From the NCBI GenBank assembly GCA_004022145.1, contig RCNU01000005.1: a DNA stretch of 64,000 nt; one strand, given 5' to 3'. The translations under genes and the position numbers were made by a program. This document shows, in pieces, positions 39,389-50,259 of the stretch. Under the pieces are notes generated by a model. It was not told the origin of the DNA and did no database searches. It saw nothing but the letters and a program-made list of their open reading frames with translations. How positions within the stretch are numbered: position 1 is the stretch's first letter; every line of letters begins with the position of its first letter. Source of the DNA: Paecilomyces variotii. Taxonomy: Eukaryota.

Positions 39389-40822
39389 TTAGTCAAACTG
39401 GAATTCGTAATAGACGTATGGAGTATACTCCGCACCACCCTCGCCGGCAGCGTGGAGCTCCCCAGGGTCATCTTTCTTGACGCGGCCCTTCTTGTCACGC
39501 CCGAATGCGTTACCCGCCAAGTACGAGTACTTCTCGTCGAGTGCACTCTTTGCCTTTGCGGATTGCTTCGGTGTCGTCTACGCAGACTGTTAGCCGCAAA
39601 TCACGAATCCTCCACCGGATTTGGGGGGCTTACCCTGATGATCGTGCACACAAAGTCCAGTGGCAGACCATACCGGAGAACTGTCTCCACGAATACCCGT
39701 AGAACAAGCACATGGATCCAAGCCATTACGGCCTCACTCCAGGCAGTTCTTCCCAGCCGCAATGTTTCTCCCCATAGCTTCCTCTCGTCACCACCAACCC
39801 GCTCGACCTCTTTTCTCTCCTCTTCCCGTCCACCTTCCACATATTTGAAATCTCGGGGGATCCACTTATGCTCCCTGCACTTGTGGATAAACTCCGGGCT
39901 GTGCTTCTTGAAGGTAGTCACAGCGTAGAGGGTGAACTCATCATCGGCGGCAACCAGTGTCGCAGAGCGCGGAACAACCATGGGCGATACAGTCTCATAC
40001 GTCTTTAGGAACTCCTTCACCTGCTGCTTGAGAACAGCAACAAGGTGCGTCTCGATATATTCAGACTCTTGCACAAGCAGACGAGGGTCCACGACGGACG
40101 TCAGGGATCTCGTCGAGAGGTTGCCCCTAAAGTCCAAGTTAGCCATTGCTCGACGGCCAAATATAAGATGCTACCAGCACTCACGTTTGTTTCCGCTGTA
40201 GAGTCGCCAGATTAGACTTGACTTGGTTGTACTGAGAGTATTTACTCCGGATATCATTATCAATGCTAGCTGTTTCCTGTAAGCAGCATCGCGATTAGCC
40301 ACGGTATAGTTCACACCAGCAATTACAGCGACCGACCCACACACCTTCTGCAAGAGATCAATCAACTCTGCCAATGGCTTATCAGCCCGGTACTTCACCT
40401 TGTTCCATGTGAACGTTCGGAGATAGTGGTCAACAGGCTCTATATTTCCAGGCCGTTAGCGCCCAAGTCCCACCACTCTGTAAACCACAGTCCTGCACGA
40501 TTTGACGGATGGACACCATACTATCATTGACAGTTTTCATCTTCTCAATCTGTGCCTCGTCGTTGTCCAGGATGTTCCTCAGTGCATCGGTGACTTTCGA
40601 AACGACGGCTTGGCATCCCGACTCGAGTTTCGCCAGCTCATCCGCCTGCTGGACCAGGGCGTCCAGGGTCCCGATCTTGAATTCGGGGATAGGGAACTGG
40701 GTGACAGTGCCATTGTCCGCAACGGTTGAGGAAATTGCCCCCAGAGCGTCGTCCCGGTGGGAGGAGGGGGTGATGGAGGAGGGGAGCGAGACGAGGAGAT
40801 ACTTGGTTGTTGTCTTCGACAT
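39389..40822 (-). CDS. VMA5: V-type ATPase V1 subunit C, 5 exons
   Basis: FPIPEFKIGTLDALVQQADEL, FTWNKVKY, GNLSTRSL, MVVPRSA, WIHVLVLRVFVETVLRYGLP, EYTPYVYYEF-end. Confidence 0.95.
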
Positions 40823-41459
40823 GGTGACGGCCGGGGAGACAGGAACAGGTCGTGGATAAGATGACTAGGAGGGTTCTTAGGGAATAGACCCGTCGCCGCG
40901 CTCGAGCAAGCGGGCAGAAGGCAGCCGGGGGACTTGTAGAGCTTCAAGACGTTTGGAAGTCGGAGTTGGTTGCGGGAGCTGGAGCTGGAGCTGGGCGGTA
41001 GGCGGTCGTTGGGTCGAGCGCGCCATCCCGCACCTTCTGATGCTGGTCGACTCCACCCCGAAACTCCGCAGAATACAACAGTTGGAGTCTCAGACAAGAA
41101 CACCGTAGGGAAAGGATCTGTCGAATTCTTCTCTCATAGTATTCACACAGTGCCATGTTGGTATTATGAAGGGGAACCCTACAATCTCGTCCGCTGCCTT
41201 GTCTGCTGTCTCACCCCGCTTGGCTTTCCCCATGGTGGTATGTAGATCATACGACTCGGGCTGTCTGTTGAATCGACTAGTATTTATATCTATATTTATT
41301 CTAAGCCCGCAGGTCCATATATCAAAACTCTAGGCTTCTATAGACAAGAAATGAATATCCATGTCGTTGCACCCGTTCCTTATTAGACGCCTATCCCACA
41401 TGTACAAACGCAAGATCATCAGCTGGCTCTCCAACCTCGTCCACTGGCCATTTCTCAGA

Positions 41460-42578
41460 TTACGAAGAGGCCGACTTGTACACACTGGGCATGTTCTGTG
41501 GCAATATAAACATCAGCATATAAATCCCTCTGCAACAAAAAGACGGTTTGACGTGGAGTTTATGACATACCGCTGCTCCCTTGGGCTCGATGAACAAGGC
41601 TTTAGCCTCGACTAGTACGACCGGTTCCTTACCCTCTTCCGGCAGCGTCTCAATGCGACCTTCTACCCAGGCCTTTCGACCTTCGACCTTGGTAGTCTCT
41701 GCTCTCAGCACGGCATACGCATTGGCCGGCGCCGGTCGTCGATAATCAATGTTCAGGTTTGCAGTAACACCCACGCCGTTAGGCAGAGCAGGGAAGCAGC
41801 ACCTGGCCAATCCTTCGTCGAGAATAGTGGCCAACATACCGCCGTGGACGATTCCAGGGTGACCGCATACATCAGAACCAAGATAGAAGATCGACACCAT
41901 GCTCTTTCCACCCTTCTCACTCCAGATGTACGGCGGCACGACTATCCTATCCGGTCCAGCCAGTGTGCCCGCGGTGAGATTCCGCCTGCGCATCTCCTCT
42001 GGGATCTTCAGGTGTGGGCGGGACTCGGTGAACAGAGGGTTGGCACGCAGCTCCTCTGATAAGGGATGATGTTTGATGAAATTGTCAACCTCGCGAGAGA
42101 ACTCATCTTCCGGTTGGAAGAGCGTGAGAGTCTCCTCATCGGTGGGAATGGGAGACGCCATTATGCGAGACACTGCTCGGATATTCGGATAGACGAAACC
42201 CGCTACAAATGCGACAATTGCAATGGATGTGAAACCGAGTGCACGGCGCAACCTGGAAGGAGACTTGGGAGGGTGAGACGCCGCAAAAGCTGCTGCTTCT
42301 AGGGTAATCGTCAGCATCAATTGGCATACATCGGTGGTGTCATTTCCGGCCAGAACGGCGGATGGCCCTGTCGATTACATAGATTCGGGGAACCCGGGGG
42401 AAGACATACCAGTCGCGTAGAGCCTGTTCAAAGATGCACATGAAGGACGCAAAAAGCCAGTGCCAACAGGGACGGCCGCGGGGTATCGTGCTTTATAAAG
42501 ATTCCCACGTCTGCTTAGGGCCGATAAGGATCTAGTTGCGGTGGGACTCAGCGCGCCCTTGGACCGGAAGCACAGCAT
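41460..42578 (-). CDS. Hot-dog-fold acyl-CoA thioesterase (PaaI/THEM4-like), probably mitochondrial, 3 exons
   Basis: Presequence-like N-terminus, one hydrophobic segment, CGHPGIVHGGMLATILDE, VTANLNIDYRRP, EAKALFIEPK. Confidence 0.88.
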
Positions 42579-43464
42579 GTCAAATGCGCTCACCGCTGGC
42601 GGCCTATTTCTTTATAATTAATCGCCAGAAAAAGAACGAAAAAGACACAGCCGCGCAGAGCGAATCCACTCGCGACCTCAACGCCTCTCAAACAGGGACC
42701 GCCAGGGCGAACGGAGAAAGGACAACGCTGAAAGGATGCGTACTAATTGGCCTGGAGCAGCTGGTTGGGGAAAGCGGGCTGAGGTCGGAGAACGGACTGA
42801 AATGCCCGAACTGCCGCGGGAACCACCGTGTAAGTATGGTTGTGCCTGGCAAGAAGAACAACCTCGGCTCATTCCGAGTCTCGATGGACTATACTCCATA
42901 ATTATATCGGCGAGTCCGGTCCCATCTGGATGGCAAAGGCAGCTGGATTCGATTTTGACGGGGACTTTCTAATAGTATTCTCTAGTGATTTGGTTCCTTT
43001 GGGTCCGAAGAACCTTATGAGGTCAGGATCAACACCAATCATGTTTTCCGTTTGGAGCAGCATTCTGGCATTCGTACCATATGGACAATTCTTGTGGATA
43101 TGTTCAATTCAGGAACTAATATTTTCTAGCCACGTATGATCTGATAGTCCAAAGGTCTGATTGCGCATGTCTATTAGATCTCATTCAAAGATATGACTGA
43201 CTTCTCTCCGGCTGATAAGGTACCTAGTAAACGAAGAACAAAGATGCAGTCTCTATTGTCTCCACTCTATGATAAGATTGTTGTATTGCGTAATTGTAGT
43301 CATCCATGCTTGGAAAACATGACGGAAGCGAGTAGAGATGACACCGACAGTTCGTGCTAATATCAAATATGACCAATCCTATTTAAAAAATGGCATATGC
43401 GTAATAAAGGTCTTAAAAATGCGACTCCATCCGTAGATGGCAGGATACTCATGTGATTCATGAT

Positions 43465-46043
43465 TTAAGATTGGCGTGCCAGACTAATGACCTTTTTGGC
43501 AGCGTCCTCAAAGCTGTCGAAAGCGTGCAATGGGAGGCCGCTCTCCGCAATCTGTATGAAGGTGTTAGCCATGGTCTAGATTCATTTTATCCACTTGGGC
43601 CGTACCATCTTCTGTCCCGCTTCCTCGTTCGTACCCCTGAGTCTGACAACCACTGGGACTTTCATGTCCAGATCCCGGAACGCCAAGATGACACCTTCAG
43701 CGATCATGTCGCATCTGGTCAACCCACCGAAGATGTTAACGAAGATAGTCTTAACGCGTGGGTCGGAAGAGATAATGCGGAACGAGGACTTGACAGTCTC
43801 TGAAGTTGCCTTGCCACCAGTGTCAAGGAAGTTCGCGCAATGGCCACCATGCAGTGTAAGCGCATCAACTGTGTTCATAGCAAGTCCAGCACCATTGACT
43901 ATGCAGTGTTAGAACCATTTATGGCTACTTGGGCCCATAAGAGCAACTTACCCAGTGTCCCTATGCTTCCTTCGCCTTGAAGTCTTTAACAGCTCTATTA
44001 GTGCGGGTTCTGCGAAAAGAGTTCGGTTGCTGGTGCCATACTTAACGTAGACAATACCATCTTTCTCAGCTTCTACCTCTTCAGGGACCTCCTCGGCTTT
44101 ATTCCTTAGCTTATGAATCTCCTCTTGTCGGCCAGAGCTTCTGTACGCAGCATCGTCGAACCCGAAATGTGCGCCGTGGACTTCAAATTGTCCCGCTGGG
44201 GTCAAGGAGGCTCTGGTCTCGAGCAGGAACGCTTCCTTCTCCTTAAATATGCGCCAGAGCTTCTCAACTAGGTTCTGAAGCCCTCCTCTGGCATTCGCCG
44301 GAAGGTTAAGATGTGACGTGAGGGAAGGAATCAGGGAGCCATCTTTGGAGAAATCCGGATTCGCGTAACTGATTGGGAATTTGCGGGTAAAAGCTAATAA
44401 GAACTCTTCTTCGATCGTAGGAGACGCAATGATGCATGGGGACAGAGCACTCCGGTCAACAGAGATTGAAAGGATAAATTCCTCATCTGGGTCGACTGTG
44501 TTATAAATGGCGATACCTTCACCTCTGAGTATGTCGAATGCTTGATGTTGCTTGATATAGAGACGGCGTCGCTGGGGCTTATTCGAAAACACGTCTCTAT
44601 TCTTTACAACGGAAGGAGTCCGTCTCACAGTATGAAAACTCCGTTTCTGACCTTGGTTCCCAGATGTAGACTGGGAGAAATCAGTGTTTGGTGGCGTACA
44701 GTAGCACTATCATGGACTCACTTGGATGGTAGGACGTCGGGTAGTGTTGTTGAGCAGATCTCTCATACCCTCTCCAAACTTTTCGGGATGATTGACGAGT
44801 ACCGCGCCAGCATTTTGCAGTGCCTTATACTTCGCTCTGGCATCTGGCTCACCGGGAGCAGCCCAGGCTCCTGCATGACCCATAATTCTTCCTGGGGGTG
44901 CTTCCATACCACCAACTAGGGCCATGATTGGTCTTTTCTCAGTTAGCCGTGCGACCTAAAGATGGCATGAAGGTGTCATACTTAGGATTAGAAGTCCTCC
45001 TATGGTAGTCCTTGATCCACTCAGCAGCATCAATTTCTGCAGTGCCACCGATCTCACCCACAAGGATGATACCCTCCGTGTCGGGATCATTCTCAAAGAT
45101 CTGCAGAGCGTCCACGAAATTGGTTCCCGCCAGAACATCACCGCCCATGCTGATGCATAGAGATTGCCCCAAGCCAGCTCGGGTCAATGACGCGACAGTC
45201 TCGTAGCTCAGAGTGCCGGACTTCGCAACGACACCAATACTACCAGGCGAAAAGCAGGGTAGGGGCTGAAATCCAATGCGACATTTTCCAATTGCAGATA
45301 TTATCCCAGGGCAGTTTGCTCCCACAAGTCTGGTCTTGGATTGCGTCTGCAATATTGAATGGACCTGTGAGATGTTAGATGTTAGAGTGAAATAGAGATT
45401 GTCACTGCGATCCACTGACTCTGAGCATGTCATGAAGAGGAACGTGCTCCGCAACAGCAACTACGAGGGGTATTTCAGCTTCGATGGCTTCCTCAATCGC
45501 CTTGGCTGTCTGGTTTCCTGGGACGTAGATGGCAGATGCATCAGGTTTCGCCCTATCCACTGCCTATGTACTACAATGAGCATACTGCTGCAATTTGCAC
45601 ATGTAGAGGCGTTCTCCGTAATACGCACCGTTCTCACAGAGGGAAAGACAGGAAGCCCCAAATGCTCGCCTTCCACACCAGGCTTCACGCCTCCAACAAT
45701 CCTCGTACCCCATGCTAGAGATTCCTTCGCATTGGCAGTGGCCTGGAACTAGCGTAAGCACTGATTCCAATGATAGATTACTCCCATTAATTTACCTGTC
45801 GACCTGCTAAAGTATCAGCAACTATCCGGTATTTCCCAACCCTATATAGTATGTATGTTGTTTGAACCTACCAGTAAACCCTTGATAAAGGACCTTTGTA
45901 TGGGCTCCAATCTTGAGATTTGGAAGCGTATCCGCATATCCCCATGTCCTCGTTGACGTTGAGAACTTGGACCTTAACATATGTGAGGCATGGGGTAAGA
46001 CGCGAGCCCGTGAAAGCCGCACGGGCGATGAAGTCACGGGCAT
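43465..46043 (-). CDS. Succinyl-CoA-ligase-like single-chain alpha+beta fusion protein, about 10 exons
   Basis: Alpha: [41 protein letters not shown]. Phase-0 intron 44671-44721 joins it to beta: [67 protein letters not shown]. Confidence 0.88.
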
Positions 46044-46283
46044 GACTGGCAAAAACCGAATTGAGCTCAAAATCAGAAAGCACCCACTACCAAACTACAT
46101 CTGAATGCTTTTTGACGCAGAGACAGGGACGTTCCCGACCACGCTGTGATTCTTCTGCCAATAAAACCACCTCTTGAAAACAGAATTTGGGAGAGGGAAA
46201 GTTGGTCATCATATTCTCCCCGAGCCCTAGTCGATGCACCGGCGCTTCTCCGCATTCACCGGCAACTTTGCGTTTTGCCGAAA

Positions 46284-46326
46284 CACTCGTACGATGCACT
46301 CATACGACCGGCACTCGTACGACCGG
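46284..46326. repeat. Three imperfect tandem copies of CACTCRTACGA(TG/CCGG)
   Basis: cactcgtacgatg-cactcatacgaccgg-cactcgtacgaccgg, about 240 bp upstream of the SCS-like fusion ATG. Confidence 0.8.
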
Positions 46327-47593
46327 CTTCGGAACGGCTAAAACTTCGGAGCTGGTTTGCTTTACGGAGTACTACTCGCTTCGTTTCAAGGATAACAAGA
46401 ATAATAATTACTGTTGCTATGAAGTGCATAAACCCCTCTCGGAAGTTCGGTCTACCCCAGGTTTCAAGGTCGGCCGAAAAAGGGTGCGGCGTTTGCTCCG
46501 TAGTCTAAGGCTAACTTAAACCCGATATTATTGGAAGCAGAGTACCTAGGCATTAGCAATCTCGAGTTTATCATACGTCGTTTTTTAAAAAGGTTCCTGC
46601 AAAAGATACCTTTCTAACCAGCTATTCCCTAGTGAATAACTAACTAGTTAGAATTTCGAACAAGGGAAAGGTATGAGAAATCTAGCCACCTCTACCTATT
46701 TTGCTAATTGAGACTCGCTTTTCTAGGTATATAACGAATCCTCTGTATAACGAACGAAAATACGTGTTCAAATTGATTCCTCATGGTCAGGTTTGATTGT
46801 ATCTATATCAAGAGAATATGAGACATAGTTCAAGTCGCAACCCAAGCAGCTTAATCTCCATGAACCTCCAAAGAACTTATCAAGGCTAGTTAGTTAACTA
46901 GTTAGCACAGGGGTTTATGTAAGATTTGATAATCTTCTTTCTTCGGTTCATGTTTCTATAAATATAAACGAAAAATGAGCGTATTCTGATGAATTTTAAT
47001 TCGATTCTATTGGATGGCCATATATAGTAGTTATAGGAACCATATTGAAGTCCTCTAGAGTAGTTAGATATACTACGTGTACTTTAACTTATTAATATCA
47101 CCCCTGTAGCTCGATCCTCGAATCCCGGAGACTGGCATAGGGTTGAGCGTTGATCACGATTGCGTGCACTTTTCTTCACAAGTCTTGAGATGACCAAACA
47201 TGTGGCACCTAAATGGCACAGTGAATTCAATAGATCAGCCAAACAAAAAGTGTAACCGTGTGGAGATTAACGGGTAAAGAGACTCCATAAAATAGGCGGT
47301 GCAGTGAGTTCTAGACCACCATGGAAGATTAGATGCAGTCAGAAGAGAAGAGTATTATTCCAGCCACGGAAACACCGGTCTTCAAAAATAGAATTCGCCC
47401 CAGAGATTGAATACTATTATTACTGAACTTTCAACGGCAACATCAATAATGATCATGAGTAGGTATACTGGTGATCTCTGACAGATAACGGGATGATCCA
47501 CTGCACTACAATTCATCTGTAGCGCATTGTCTCAATTTTGAAACTACAACACATTCGGAAAACAAGAGACTCCCAAATAATAATGAGTAGCGT

Positions 47594-48005
47594 CTCTGTC
47601 TCAGTCCCCGAAGTCTTGTGTGATCTGCTGCTTCGTTAAGTGACCTGGTCGAACGTTGGTCACGTGCTGCAATTGGCCAGTAAGGAGAACAAGAGGGAGA
47701 ACCACACCACGGAATGTCCGTTGGCTGTACGGAGTACCAACAAGTGTGACAGACCCGTCGGTCTGAAACGGCTCGACAACGCCATCTTCACAGGTCGACC
47801 GGGCAGAAATATGGGGTAATGAGTTAGACAAGAGACGCGTACGGAGTAGAAATGGTGAGCCCATCGACCGTTCGACGGCAGGACGCGGAACCATGGGAGC
47901 AAGCGCTTTGCTCTCGGCGCAAGCTTCTTTCGACTCTATTCTCGAACTGCACGAGCGTCGCTCCTCTCCGCTAGAACTCACCCACAAGCATCATCAGTGA
48001 CGGAA
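47594..48005 (-). ncRNA. Candidate large (~410 nt) box C/D-type structured ncRNA
   Basis: UGAUGA at 47996-47991, CUGA at 47604-47601, terminal stem UUCCGUC/GACAGAG with correct 3-nt kink-turn bulge, and several internal hairpins. Confidence 0.62.
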
Positions 48006-48290
48006 CAAAAACAACAGTGCTGGCTACGTTGAAACCTGCCTTGTCTTTGCCTTGCTGACCGGTTATTCCCGCCGAGGTTGATCTACGATTTTGGCTCCCA
48101 TAGCCAATCAGAACGCTCCCCCTGTGACATCGTCGAGAATCCCAGCAAGGCGGGGGGTCGATCCAAGTACTCTAGGGCCCCATGCCTGCCCCGTCGACGC
48201 TATACTCAGATTACTTCTAGTGTCGCTGAGTCGCATGCAAGCATACTACTTCGAGTACTCAAGTCTGATCTCACATCGACATATTGACCC

Positions 48291-48976
48291 ATGTCCATTA
48301 TGGCTGATCGAACGCCCGATACATCAAAAGGTGAGTAGCTTGGATCAATGGCAATGTATATCGAAGAAGTGTTGCGAGAAACATCAACTGACTAGGCTCG
48401 TGATTCGATACAGGCACCAAGGAGTTGGAGTCCCAGTTGGAATCGTGTCTGCAAGATCTCAGCCTCACCAACAAGAGACCGGATAAAGACATACCACGAC
48501 CTATAACCAAGAAAGGTCCAACGAAACCGAAGAAGGACGCAATCGCAGATTCCTGGGAAGACGAGATCGATTCGTCTGGTTCTGAGACGGAGAAAGAAAA
48601 GGAAGAGACATCAACACCACTCACGCCGTCAGCTGAAGGACCGCTAGCTCCCCCGCCCACACCTATCTCACCACAGACAAGTGCTACCTGGACAGCTACA
48701 GGCAATGCTCCATACGCAGATGCTGTCCCGCCCGCCGTGCCCAACAGTCGAGCGCCTGGCCCTCCTCGCGTGAGGCCGGCGAAGCAGACAGCTGTGGCTG
48801 CTAGGCTCATAGCTGGAGGACTAGGGATCCGAGCACCGAAGAGGACAGAAGAGCAGCGAGCATACGACCGAGCTGTCAGAGAGCAAGAGCTCAAGAGACG
48901 AAACCGCGAAAAGGAAGAAGCAGCGAGAGCCAAGGAAGAGGAAGAACGGGCCAAGTCTGCAGTCTGGGATGCTTAA
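48291..48976 (+). CDS. Small conserved-type hypothetical protein with IADSWED motif and C-terminal RPxKQTAVAARLIAGGLG plus coiled coil; intron 48331-48413
   Basis: ATG at 48291 or 48300, donor G|GTGAGT, branch ACTGAC, acceptor TACAG| joins in frame to ORF 48425-48976. Confidence 0.8.
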
Positions 48977-49787
48977 TGCATTCTCCATTCAGCGATCCAA
49001 TCCTTTAATTCCCCTGTATATATATACATATATGTGGTGTATCTGCTTCCCATTCTCTGGTTCCTTTCGCTCCCTTAGTGAAATTTTGGGCTCCGATCTC
49101 GGCTGCATACTCCGCATAGTGTCCTGTATATAATAATATCTATATCCGATTCTGTCATATTAATATATCTGCAGCCGAACTTCTGATCTGCTTTCTGTTC
49201 ACCTTGATCTAGCGGTCTTATTAAAGCCTCCCTGACAAGCATCCATTGTGTCTCGTGGGAGTGTCATGTTATGACGTAATGGGCCAATCCTTGTCTATCT
49301 AGTAGTATTAGTAGCGTCTAAGGAGTCGCATCGGGACTTGGTTTTGGAAGCAAGAGAATATAAGAAAAGACTGGAATGATTCTGAGTCCTGAGAAAGTAG
49401 TCTTGCCGCACTATCTATTAGAGACGAAGAGGTAGCAACACATTCAGTCTCCGCCAATGTCTAGTTCACATGACGAAGAACGAGTGCACCTTGAGCAGCT
49501 TAGAAAAGTGTAGACGCTCAAAATAGTGAGACGGGAGACGAATGCACGCAGATGCGGCGCAGTAGAAAAAAAAAGACTCGTCCCTTTTCCTCGCTTGCGT
49601 TCAACCAGATACCCCTCCCCCAAAGCGCGAGCCTAAATCACGAGTGAACACGCCGCACGCCCATTAATTCTCATGAAAAAGTAGCACCACACAGTATCCC
49701 GTCCAAATAAGACCGAATCTCTTCGTGACAGACATTTCGTTCCTCTTTCGTGTTGTAACGTGAGAGTTTTGTGAAAGTGGTACGCGA

Positions 49788-50177
49788 TCACCCGCCGATC
49801 TGCTCCTGGTGAACTTCGAGCGTATCGCCGTCGGCCATTTCGAGCTGAAAGAATGAATTAGCACCACTTAGCTCCATGGATTTGTAGAATCCGGTTCAGT
49901 AGCCTCTTGCCAGCGTTTCCGGGTTCATAGACATATGGCGCAGCAGGGGGGTCTCAGAACTTACCGTATCAGGAGTGTCCTCTGGCCGCACTCGGGTTCC
50001 GTCGAAAAGGAAACGGACGGTCGATGGCTGCTTTCCTTGGCGTTCACAGAAAGCATCCATCAGCTTCTTCAGTTGCGTGGTTCGCTTGATCTTGAAGAAG
50101 ACCTCGTTGTTGTTATCCGTGACCTTGATGTTCAGGTGCTCCACAGGAGCAGGAGCGTCGCCAGCATTCTCAGCCAT
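49788..50177 (-). CDS. SMT3: SUMO (Smt3/SumO), 2 coding exons (intron ~49845-49964)
   Basis: EHLNIKVTDNNNEVFFKIKRTTQLKKLMDAFCERQGK..VRFLFDGTRVRPEDTPDT|LEMADGDTLEVHQEQIGG-stop. Confidence 0.97.
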
Positions 50178-50259
50178 GATTGTCCTATCGCACAGAGATC
50201 TTGAAGCAGAAAACACGGGGTTGTAGTGTGGGATGTGAAAGTCAGGTGTTGGCACGTTT

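Noticed and set aside
372-40822. Functional clustering of the two V-ATPase subunit genes
   Set aside because: About 37 kb apart with many unrelated genes between; chance linkage is sufficient.
42299-42409. Nested or twin intron in the thioesterase gene
   Set aside because: The inner GTATGC..CTAG unit is only about 31 nt; one 111-nt intron keeps the frame.
47601-47987. 128-aa minus-strand ORF
   Set aside because: Starts at TTG, no recognisable protein features; better explained by the structured RNA candidate.
47594-48005. RNase P, RNase MRP, SRP, U3 or snR30 identity for the structured RNA
   Set aside because: Their conserved boxes were not found; only a loose CAGGUC..GAAGCAGC likeness to SRP helix 8 without the GNRA loop.
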